This document shows, piece after piece, positions 19,026 to 29,200 of a stretch of 64,000 bases of DNA. The stretch is from the IMG/VR virus record IMGVR_UViG_3300032335_001269, positions 1-64,000 of that record, one strand, 5' to 3'. The translations under genes and the position numbers were made by a program. The DNA is from a virus (Duplodnaviria > Caudoviricetes). The first letter of the stretch is position 1. Each line of letters opens with the position of its first letter. A model generated the notes under the pieces. It ran no database searches. It worked only from the letters and a program-made list of their open reading frames with translations, and had not been told where the DNA came from.

Positions 19026-19823
19026 TTAAATATCCCTTTGCTGTGTTGGACTATAAGTTTTAGAGTCCTCAAAACTTTGCCAAGTTTCATTAAATCCAAA
19101 ATCATCATCTGGATTTGCATCGATGGGATCTGGGGTAAGTGTATATCTCATTTCTCTCTTTGCAGTTGTCACATCAGTTGAATTATAGTAATCGACTTGA
19201 ACCTTACGAATAAGACCATCCGTAGAATCCGCGATAGGACCAAATAGATATGTTTTTGCTGTAAAATTAAAAGTGTAAATTAATACTCTTCTTGTTGAAA
19301 AATCTCCCTCATAATCATCCGTAAATGATACATTATCTAAAACAATGGGGATATCTCTCTTTTCCCCAATCGAATCAATTAAATCTACGGTTAGATTGAA
19401 TGCTGGTTGAAAATAAGGCAATATTTGCTCAACCACTTGCAAAGCATCATCCTGTAATTTTGTCATTACATTTAATTGAAACCCAATATTATATGGAACA
19501 GGCAAATAAACTTTTTTCAAATTTGTTCCGTCAGAAGCTTTAAATGTTTGGGTAATATTTGCTTTTCTAGTTGCATCATATTGAATTGAAGTCATCTCAA
19601 ATGATAATCTAGGTAAAGTTGTTTGCACAGGTTTATTTAAATCTGATTGCTGTTCAATACGTGCTAAAAACTTTTGCATTGGACCATATGCTAATGGTAC
19701 TCTCATTTCATTATAAACATCTCCTTCTTTATCAAGATGTTTAATATAAATTTGATTAAATAATGTGCCAAAAGCAATAATAACTTTTCTAATTATTTGA
19801 TGATAGTAATAATTTCCTAGCAT
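19026..19823 (-). CDS. gp15: Tail sheath stabilizer gp15
   Basis: FGTLFN, VPLAYGP, LPRLSFE, EQILPYFQP. Confidence 0.95.
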   Translation of the reverse strand: MLGNYYYHQIIRKVIIAFGTLFNQIYIKHLDKEGDVYNEMRVPLAYGPMQKFLARIEQQSDLNKPVQTTLPRLSFEMTSIQYDATRKANITQTFKASDGTNLKKVYLPVPYNIGFQLNVMTKLQDDALQVVEQILPYFQPAFNLTVDLIDSIGEKRDIPIVLDNVSFTDDYEGDFSTRRVLIYTFNFTAKTYLFGPIADSTDGLIRKVQVDYYNSTDVTTAKREMRYTLTPDPIDANPDDDFGFNETWQSFEDSKTYSPTQQRDI

Positions 19824-21214
19824 TAGTAATTTCCAAAAGGATTTTTTTCAGTAAAATCAACGATTAAATCAGCTTCTTTTTCAATCTGATCATTATCTTC
19901 ATATTTATCTTCAAATTTTGCATTTTCAATGTAATCAATGCTATATCTTGCCGATGAAGCAGACCCAACTATAATATCTGCTGGCATAAATGTTCCATCT
20001 GTCGTACCAACTTTCAAAATATTTTGATCTTTATTCCAAGTTTTAACTCTTGCTTTAGCACCAGATATAGATCCAGTTACAATTTCATTAAAAATAAATG
20101 TTCCAATACCAGTTAAAATTGGTGGAGGTGATATTGTCACTCCTATACCGGAGGTATATCCAATACCAGCATCTGAGAGTAAAATTTGAGTTATATTTCC
20201 GGTAGTGCTAATAGATACTCTTCCAATTGCAGTGCCAACTCCCGAAAGTGGAGAAGAAAATCTTATCGCTGGAGAAACTGGGTAACCACTTCCAACAATT
20301 AAAGGACCGACCGATCTAATTCCAACTGAGTTAGTCACAAGCACACAAGTTGCAGATGCGCCCGATCCAACTCCACTAAGTGTTATGGTAGGTGTAACTG
20401 TATATCCAGCACCAGAATTTGTTAAAAGAATTTCTTTTACTGAATATATTCCAGCTTTTGAAGTTGTTATTGCAACTGCAGTAGCATTAATTCCACCAGC
20501 AGGAGCAGAAGAGATTGCAACAATAGGTGGGGAAGTATAGTCATAACCATCGTTTGTCAATACCACTTTGCGAATATAACCTGTTGTTGTATAGGCTATT
20601 CCTGTAGCCTGTTCTCCAAATGATATTAGTTTAAGAGTTGTTATGTAACCTTGATTTTCTAATCTAGAATCAATCTCATCAACTGTAGTATTAATGTTGT
20701 TCCACCCACCCATTTCGTCTTCATATTCGAATAATTCACATTTTAATTCATACATATAAAGTTTTCCCAATTGATAAAAATTAACTTCATGTTCAACAAA
20801 TTTAACTTCAAATATTCTTTGACCTAAAGGAAAATAGATCAAATCACCTTCTCTGGGTCTAGAAGAAAGAACAATCTCATCAGAAGATTCTCCTTCTAAA
20901 AATGGAGAAATAAAATCCTCAAATCTTTCTTTTGAAATAATTAAACTTAGTTCATCCCTCAAACTCATTCCAAATTTTGAAAGAATATCTCCTTGACCAC
21001 TATATCCATCATAGTTGTTAATATATGCTTCAATTGCGTAGTTATCATCAAATTTAGAGGATTGAATTTCCCTAATAATAGTTTGTTTTCTTACAAATTT
21101 TCTTGGAATATAGATGACATCTATTCCATAGATTTTCAGTTGCTCATTAATTAAGTCTTGTACAAGTCTTTGTTCTCCGGGAGAACCTTGTAAAAAGAAA
21201 GGATTGAGTGCCAT
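19823..21214 (-). CDS. gp14: Neck protein gp14 with internal GxGY-repeat domain
   Basis: NPFF, RPREGDLIYFP, FYQLGK, C-terminal NPFG. Confidence 0.93.
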   Translation of the reverse strand: MALNPFFLQGSPGEQRLVQDLINEQLKIYGIDVIYIPRKFVRKQTIIREIQSSKFDDNYAIEAYINNYDGYSGQGDILSKFGMSLRDELSLIISKERFEDFISPFLEGESSDEIVLSSRPREGDLIYFPLGQRIFEVKFVEHEVNFYQLGKLYMYELKCELFEYEDEMGGWNNINTTVDEIDSRLENQGYITTLKLISFGEQATGIAYTTTGYIRKVVLTNDGYDYTSPPIVAISSAPAGGINATAVAITTSKAGIYSVKEILLTNSGAGYTVTPTITLSGVGSGASATCVLVTNSVGIRSVGPLIVGSGYPVSPAIRFSSPLSGVGTAIGRVSISTTGNITQILLSDAGIGYTSGIGVTISPPPILTGIGTFIFNEIVTGSISGAKARVKTWNKDQNILKVGTTDGTFMPADIIVGSASSARYSIDYIENAKFEDKYEDNDQIEKEADLIVDFTEKNPFGNY

Positions 21215-21216
21215 TA

Positions 21217-22059
21217 TTATCCAATAAAATCGTAAGGTGGAAGTTCATAATCCATAGACATTCTTTGTTGTATGTCTGCTAACTCTTTCACAGCATCTTC
21301 ATATATTTCTCTACCATTTAGTTCAATTCCACCAGGAAGTTTAACTCCTCTAAATTTAATTAAATTTTGACCCCACTGCCTTTTAATTAAAGAAGTTAGA
21401 TACATTTTTAAAAAGCTATCATTATAAACTTTAGTGAACTCATTAGGATCTAAAATTCTATAACAATCAATAATAATATAATTATCTTTCGCTTTTGCAG
21501 TCCAATCTATATCTAAATACAATCTATTTTGTCTTTTATTGTATCGTATTTGCTTATCTGGGGTAAGTAAAAAGTCAATGTCTTCTAAATAAGTTTTAAC
21601 CATCGAATACTGAAGAAGTTCAACAGAATTGAAGTAATATAAGTCGTTTAAAAATAATTGATACTTAATACTAAACATTCCTGCAGAAATAGTGCTAGTA
21701 TCAAATTTAAAAACTTTTTCAATACCAATTATAGAATCTGGTACTTGAATAAAATTAGAATTTTCATAAAAACTAAACGTAGTAGTTCCAATTCCACTAA
21801 TATTTGCCGATCCGGTAGTGGTAACAATACCGACCCCAACTTTAGGATCCGCTTGTCCTCTATTTAAGTCTTCTTGTGTAATTTTATACTTGAGATACAT
21901 TCTCTCAACACCATCAAAATGCCTCTCTTGAAAGTATTGAAGCGCATCGTCAACTAAATCGTCGATTTGGTCATCATCAACGTTAATTTCCAGTACAGGT
22001 GCTCCCAATCGTCTTAAACAGTAATCAATTAATTGTTGTCTACTTGCTGGTTTTGCCAT
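21217..22059 (-). CDS. gp13: Neck protein gp13
   Basis: LRRLGAPVLEINV, KRQWGQNLIKF, LPGGIELNG. Confidence 0.95.
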   Translation of the reverse strand: MAKPASRQQLIDYCLRRLGAPVLEINVDDDQIDDLVDDALQYFQERHFDGVERMYLKYKITQEDLNRGQADPKVGVGIVTTTGSANISGIGTTTFSFYENSNFIQVPDSIIGIEKVFKFDTSTISAGMFSIKYQLFLNDLYYFNSVELLQYSMVKTYLEDIDFLLTPDKQIRYNKRQNRLYLDIDWTAKAKDNYIIIDCYRILDPNEFTKVYNDSFLKMYLTSLIKRQWGQNLIKFRGVKLPGGIELNGREIYEDAVKELADIQQRMSMDYELPPYDFIG

Positions 22060-22487
22060 TAGTAAGTACCTCCATCTAATATTCTTGTCCAGGTGATAAT
22101 TCCAACATTATTAGTTGTTAAAACATAGTTACTATAATCTATGGAATTTGTTGTTGAAGCAGCCCCAGTAGAAACTACAAGACCTGATGGATCAAAATAT
22201 GCAACTCCAGAATCGTATGCAGTGTAATACAATTCATCTGTTACTGTTGCAATTCCTGCAGTAAATTCATCTACAGAAAATGATCCTACAGTTAAACTAC
22301 CACCAATTGATACTGATCCAGTAAAAGTTGAAACTCCACTTACATTATTTACTGATAATTGAGTAACTGATGCAATACCGCCAATTACATTTTCTGCAGT
22401 TACTGCTCTGCCACCAGAAGAGCCAGAAATACTGGAAACAATTTTTACTGCATTTTGTTGTCCAACTCTGACTTTAATATCTGACAT
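22059..22487 (-). CDS. Virion structural protein
   Basis: Ser/Thr/Val-rich, C-terminal LDGGTY, translationally coupled to gp13. Confidence 0.6.
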   Translation of the reverse strand: MSDIKVRVGQQNAVKIVSSISGSSGGRAVTAENVIGGIASVTQLSVNNVSGVSTFTGSVSIGGSLTVGSFSVDEFTAGIATVTDELYYTAYDSGVAYFDPSGLVVSTGAASTTNSIDYSNYVLTTNNVGIITWTRILDGGTY

Positions 22488-22831
22488 TATCGAGTAACTC
22501 CTTCTGTTACAAGAACCATTCCTTCAATAACTCGGTTTTTAACTCCAATGTCATCGATGATGACAACATCATATACATATCTGCCAGGTTTAATAATGGT
22601 TGTTTGAGCAGCAGTTAATTTAATTAAAATTTTTCCTGCGGTTGATGGCATTTCAACCGAAGTAGTAAATGGTACTGCGCTAGAACTACCTGCCCATTTT
22701 CTCATTTGAGATTCGACTGTATATCCAGTCAAATCAAATGCAGAATTTGTGTCGGTGCCTTCTAAAGTAAAAGATTGGCTAAAGTCGGCTCCAGAATTTA
22801 CGACTAGATTATTTACGTATACTGCAGCCAT
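22487..22831 (-). CDS. Virion structural protein (BppU N-terminal-like)
   Basis: DLTGY..SQMRK, PGRYVYDV, RVIEG..VTEGVT. Confidence 0.7.
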   Translation of the reverse strand: MAAVYVNNLVVNSGADFSQSFTLEGTDTNSAFDLTGYTVESQMRKWAGSSSAVPFTTSVEMPSTAGKILIKLTAAQTTIIKPGRYVYDVVIIDDIGVKNRVIEGMVLVTEGVTR

Positions 22832-22864
22832 CTATCTTTTTAAGATCTACTTCTTATTTATATT

Positions 22865-23035
22865 TCAAAGTGCTCCCAAAGATTTCATAACCTCTTGTTG
22901 CTTCAAATATAATTTACAATACAATTTTGAAAAATTTTTAAGTTGATTAAAATCCATTTCATCAATAAATCTTGAATGTTTCTCATATTCAAACAACTTA
23001 TCAATAGTATTAAGAGTAATTTCATTTGGATCCAT
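22865..23035 (-). CDS. nblA: NblA-like phycobilisome degradation protein, 56 aa (missing from ORF track)
   Basis: MDPNEITLNTIDKLFEYEKHSRFIDEMDFNQLKNFSKLYCKLYLKQQEVMKSLGAL; size and two-helix pattern resemble NblA. Confidence 0.55.
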   Translation of the reverse strand: MDPNEITLNTIDKLFEYEKHSRFIDEMDFNQLKNFSKLYCKLYLKQQEVMKSLGAL

Positions 23036-23225
23036 TGATTATCTCCTTTAATAAAGTTTTAATTTCATCTATATCTTGTTTAATTTTATTCAATTCATTT
23101 TTTTGTGATTCTCTATTACTCAAACTATTTACATATTGATTATAGGCATTGTTGTCACAGTTTACAATCGCTCCAGAATTTTCGTCTCGATATAAATTTG
23201 GGTGCCCTTTTACTGGTATCATCAT
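23022..23225 (-). CDS. Conserved small coiled-coil protein
   Basis: VKGHPNLYRDENSGAIVN plus C-terminal coiled coil. Confidence 0.75.
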   Translation of the reverse strand: MMIPVKGHPNLYRDENSGAIVNCDNNAYNQYVNSLSNRESQKNELNKIKQDIDEIKTLLKEIINGSK

Positions 23226-26200
23226 CTAATTGCAATGGATCTTAAATCTTTAAATCTAGGTGGATATGCTTGATTTGTAGAGGACATCACAATTTTAATT
23301 GTAAATCCGCTAAATTGTCCAAGATTATTTGCAGAAAACTCATACTCTAAGAATTGATTTTGATTACTTGCAGGGACAAAAATATCGGAAAGTCCACTAT
23401 TATTTGCTGGGTCAATAACGTCAGAATAACCGTCATTATTATTATCCACCGTTAAATTATCATATCCTGGGAATAATTCAAAAGACTGCTCAACTTCACT
23501 AGAATCTGCTCTTATTAGACTATAAAGAACTCTAAAATCTGCAGAGAAATGTCTATACGCAGAAAGAATTACTTTAAGTGAAGTTGCTGGTTGAGACAAT
23601 CTTACTGTATTTGAAATGTAAATTGCTGCGTGTGGGTCATTGAGAATAGAATTAACTCTACCATCTTGTTGGTAATTAGATATTGGAGAATTAATTCTAT
23701 TGCTATGGAAATCCGTAAATGATGTATCTAAGAAAATTTGAGGAGAAACATACTTATTACTTGATGTCATTGTCAATGCTGTTGTAAATGACTTGTTTCT
23801 TGATAGAGAAGTTAAGAATGCATCTTCATTTACCTTAGATGCAACAATTCTTGATGAAGAAAGTGTATTTAAGGAATTTATTTGAATATCTTCATAACCC
23901 AAATCTTGGAAAGAAACTTCATTGCCACTAATACTAGTTCCACTAACTGATCTAATCTTTGCAGACAATGAAGTTGCTGCAGTAGGAGTTGCTGCATCAT
24001 AGAATGGAATTATTGCATCATATTGAATATTTTCAGATGCAAATACTCTAGATCCTCCGGAAGTAAGTTCTGATGAGAATGATAGTTGTGGATATCCTGA
24101 AGGTGTATTATCACTACTTCTGTTAACACCATTAGAAGATCTATCAATTTCAACGTAATAATTATCAATGTCCAATCCAGTGTCACTAATATCGTGAGTT
24201 GTGTTAATTCTCTGTAGAGAAATTCCATTAAATTCATATTTGTATACTGGGACGTTAACAGAATGTGGAAGTGCAAGAGTTGAAGATTGTCCTCTAGTTA
24301 TAGTCTCTAAAGTTCCAGATCCAATACTCTCATACTTAATGATTTCATTCTCAATTATGGCGTATCCTGGATTAGTTCCATTTACTGACTTACCTTCGAA
24401 AGTTGTAAAGTTTGAAGTGCTGGCAACTGAAATTGATGTAGAAGAAGATGTAGCAGATTGGGAAAGTGTTGTTGGTGCCGTATTTGGTACAACACCACTA
24501 ATTGCGACTTTGTTATTTGCCGCATACATTCCGTGATTAAAATGATTTACCTTGACGAAATTTCCACTATAAATTGATCCAACTGGGGTGGAATTAGTAA
24601 TATATGTATTTCCTAAAGAAACTGAATTATTAGAAGAATCGAAGTAAACTAGATTTGCAGTTCCGTCTGAAGTAAATGATTGACCTTGTACATTACTCAG
24701 ATATAATGTATCAATACCGTTGTTGTTACCAGTAATTGTAATTCTGGCATCTCTACCACTATTACTTGAAACAGAAGAGGTTACAATACCGACAACATCA
24801 CCAACTGCATATCCATTACCTGGATTTACAACTGACACAGCAGTGATAGATCCAGAAGATGCTGTTATATTTAACGTAAGACCAGAACCGCTGCCAATAA
24901 TGTTATATGTTGAAACACTAGTGTCTGATACATAATTTGATCCAGATGTCGTAAGACCGACAGATGAAACCGAGCAACCAGTCCCTACAATATATCCATA
25001 ATTGTATGTTTTTGTACTTTCACTAATCTTTCTTCCAGTAGTTAAAATTCCTACCATAGTAGAATTTGTTGCGGTAGTAATTCCAACACTCAGTTTTCTT
25101 GGGAATGCTGTGATAGGATTATTTTGAAGATTTGGAATATATCCATTACTTTCATTAAGTGTTGGATTATAGAAATATGCAGTAGCAGGAGTATTAGTAA
25201 CAAAATTTGCTCTATATAGAGTAAATTTCATATCTTGGTATTGGTCTGCAGTCCAAATAGATCCATTTTGAGATTTGAACAAACTTCCCATAGCAAACTG
25301 TTGTGTATATACAACTGATTCAGAATCTGGAAGATTTCTTGATTGAATTGTTTTCTTGCCCATTTCAGCAATAAAGACTTCATATTCAATGCTTTCTGGA
25401 GCTAACAACACAATCGCATATTCTAACCCAGGTGCCAAATAGATTGGATAGTCAAATACTGCCTTTGTTACCGCTGTTGCATCATCTGAAGTCTGAATCT
25501 GGTCTGGTCTCAAAGTGACAGAATTTCCAATTACTGTTGTTGTGGGAGTACCTAACTCAACAGTCCTTACTTCGACTGTGAGGGGATTATTTCCACTATC
25601 TTTTTTATAGAAAAATAGATCTACTTCAGTTAAAAATCCGCCATCTTGATCAACAGTAAAAGTTTGGGCGAGAGGGTCCTTTCCACCACCTCTATTTTGT
25701 TGAGGAAACTGTGTTTGTTCGAAATTCGTTGTTACTCTTGTTATATTTGTAGTGGTCAAACGAGTGTTTGTTACCGTTGTTGTATTTGTAATCGTAGTTT
25801 CATACAATTCCAAAGTTCCATCTGAAATATAATTTGTTTCTGCAGATGAAACTGTAGTGCTTCCGGCAACGGCGACTTCATTTGTAGGACTAGATGTAAT
25901 TTTATATGTTTTAGTACCGGTATTAATTCTTACATCTGGTGCAGGATTAGTATTAGGGTCTCTAATAAAGAAAGATCCAATTAAGTCTCCATAGTTATCA
26001 GATATCAATCTCAGATCTTTTACATATGCCACAGAACCACTTGTTTGTCCAATAAGTTTAGCACCTTTTACCAAATATCCAGAATAAAGACCTTGCGCCT
26101 CTTCCGATATTGAATATGTATCCAGATTCAAAATCTTTGATGAAGCACTATATGCATCCGGAATTGATTCTGTTCTAAAATATGGATTTGCCGTAAATTT

Positions 26201-29200
26201 AGTTGTTGGTGAATTGAAAGGACCAATTTTATGAGATGGCATTGCCACTCTAAAAGTAATTATCTTATTATTCTGATTGTCATAACCGATTACAGTTTCT
26301 CCAATAGTAAATGCGGATGATGCACCGTAATTTTCTAATGACTCGCTGTTGGCAATTTCAATGAGTTTTGGAATAAAATCTACAGATCCATTTCCATCTA
26401 AAAATTGATAATATCTAGTGTAAGGTTTCAGGCTAGTAATTGAAAATTCAGTATTTCTAGATCTCATATACTCTTCAGCACGCGCTTCTACCAATCTTGT
26501 AGAACTAGTGCTTCTAGTAGATGAACTACTGGTTTCAGTTACGGTTTGAGAGAATTCGGTCGAAAGTTCGGTTCTACTAGCATCAGCACCGTTATCAACT
26601 CTAACTGTTCTATCTCCCAAAACAGTGTTATCTCTCTCAACCAAAACAAAATCAGTAACAGATATTGTTTTATTTGGCAGTTGTACTGTTCTAACCCAGT
26701 TATCTCTATCTGGAGATAACTTGACCGACCCCTTATATGAAATTACGTGGAATGGGTTGACATTTTCTACTTGTGTTGCAAGTTGTTGATTAATCCACTT
26801 TTCAGAAGTGTATTTAAGAGTTACAGTGCTTCCTGTCTTTTGTACATTAGAATCAATTAAAGCATAATTAGTTGATAAATCTACTTCTTCATCTGTTGTG
26901 TTGAGTGATGGTGCAAGATAATTTTTAAGACTATTACGGGCAATAATTGGTCTCATTTCTTGCAATTCAGGATCTATTTCCAGAAGTGATAGGTTTAAAT
27001 TCACTCTGTCATAGTTTTTAAAATCATCGACAAAAAATCCGGTCTTAAATCTGTTAAATCCTTGAGAATCTTGAACTTGCAATGTTTGAGTACTTAACTC
27101 TAAAAGAGATAGGGAAGTTATTCGCTCAAGATTTTTAACTCTATTTTCAATGAGACCAATATCTCTCATTGTATATCTTCTATTATCAACAAGTGATAAT
27201 GTTGCACTCTTCGGAGTATAAAGATATGGAGGGAGATTGATTGTAGCAATCTCCATCACATCATCAATTTTTATTGGAGATTTTGGATTTGTTGCCGAAG
27301 TTCCCTGAACATAAACAAACTCACCACTCTTATCAAGATAAACCTTATCTATTCTTCCAATATAATAGTCATAACTAATTATAGTGCTTTCGTTTGGTGT
27401 TAAATTTAACTTAATGGAAGAACTAAAGTTTCTATTTGAAAAATCAAATGGTGAAGCATTGGATCCTGAAAATACCGATACACGAGGTCTAAAATCAAGA
27501 GTATCTGAAGCTCTTATATTTCTGGATCCAATTAAAGGAACATCGTCCGCAAATTGCTCTTTATTGTAACTTAATACAGTAAATACATCTCCATTGTCTG
27601 TGGCAGGCACACTGAAGTAATCAAAAACAACTAGTACCCTTCTAGATGGCTCCGTTTCACCCTCATTTCTTACAATTCTCGAATAATCATAATATTGTTC
27701 TTTTTGTCCCTTATCTAATTTAAATCTATTAGTTATATCATTGTAACTTCCTAGAGTAATGGAATCGATTTCACCTACGATATTTGATTCTTCAAATGTT
27801 ACCCTCTCATTTGTAAGGAATCTATTTGAATTTAAAAATACAACATCTACACTATTTGTAGATCTCGTCACAACTCTAGCTACGCAACCACTTTCAGAAC
27901 CAATGATGTTTTCACCAATGATTGCATTTCCGCCAATATTTAATACGCTACTGAAAGAAATTGTGTCTAGGGAAGGATTGGAAGTATTTAACGATTCATA
28001 AACTGCTAAAACTTTCGCAACGTCTGGATAATTAAGAGAAATCTCTTCATCTTGAACTCTTAATCCATAATATGGGTTGTATTCGAGACCATCATTAATA
28101 GAAGTGCTAATTCCAGTACCAGACTCCAAATATTTTGAGTAAATTACGTTGATTTTTTGACTTCTGTTATATTGCTTCTCTTTACTTTGTACTCCATTTT
28201 TAATGAATGTTGCATTAATAGAAGATGTGGTTTTTCCAGAAGTAAGATTTGATAAAGTAACCTGATTATTGGATAGTGAAAATTGGTCTGCTGTTAATGA
28301 CTGCGTAGTGCCATCAGTATAATGCACTGAATAACGCTCCTCATCAAATCCCTGAAATAATGCTGTTGTTAATCCGGATGGTAGTGAAAAGTCAGATACT
28401 GATAATACAATTGGACTACTTGAAGATTTTGCGCTTGTTGATTGGGCACTAAATGTTAAAATTGAATCATTTAAATCTATCGATGACAAATTAGAATTTG
28501 GTACTTCTGCATATAAAAATCCTTTTTCAAGATTTCTAATTGATGGGGAACCAATACTAAACGATATATTTGTTGAAACGCCAATTGCGCCATTACAAAC
28601 TCCCGTAACAGTTGCAATACCTACAACCGTCATAGAGTCACCAGTTAGACTAATACTGGTTACTCTATTAAAGTTTTCTACCGAACCGTTTGAGGTTTGA
28701 TATCTAATAATACTTCCTGGTTTAATTGTATTGAAAAATTTTCCAGGAGAAGTTACAACACCACCTGCGGTAATGTTAATAGAGTCTGAAGCATTAAATC
28801 CGATGGGAAGTTGTTTCGATAAAACCGAATCTCCTATGAATGATGTAGTAACTCCAGATTGATAAACTTGTTTAATATCATCACTGTTATACACGGTGAT
28901 ATTGGCAATTGATCTGGGATATAATTCCAAACCATTAATAATTATTTGCTCACCTTTTATAAAAGTTCCTGAAGTTTGCCTCACGCTAACTGTAGTTGTT
29001 CCATCTCCAGCAGACACTACATATCCACTTGCACCGCTACTTTTTCCTTTAATATATGAAGTTGCAGGTAACTGGGATTGTGATAATGCTTGATTTAAGA
29101 TTAGAGTGGTATAGGTTTGAATATCATATAAGTATACATCCCAATTTGTAGTTGCTGATGAGTATGCGGCGTCAGTCAATCTAAAATTATAGACTCTTGC

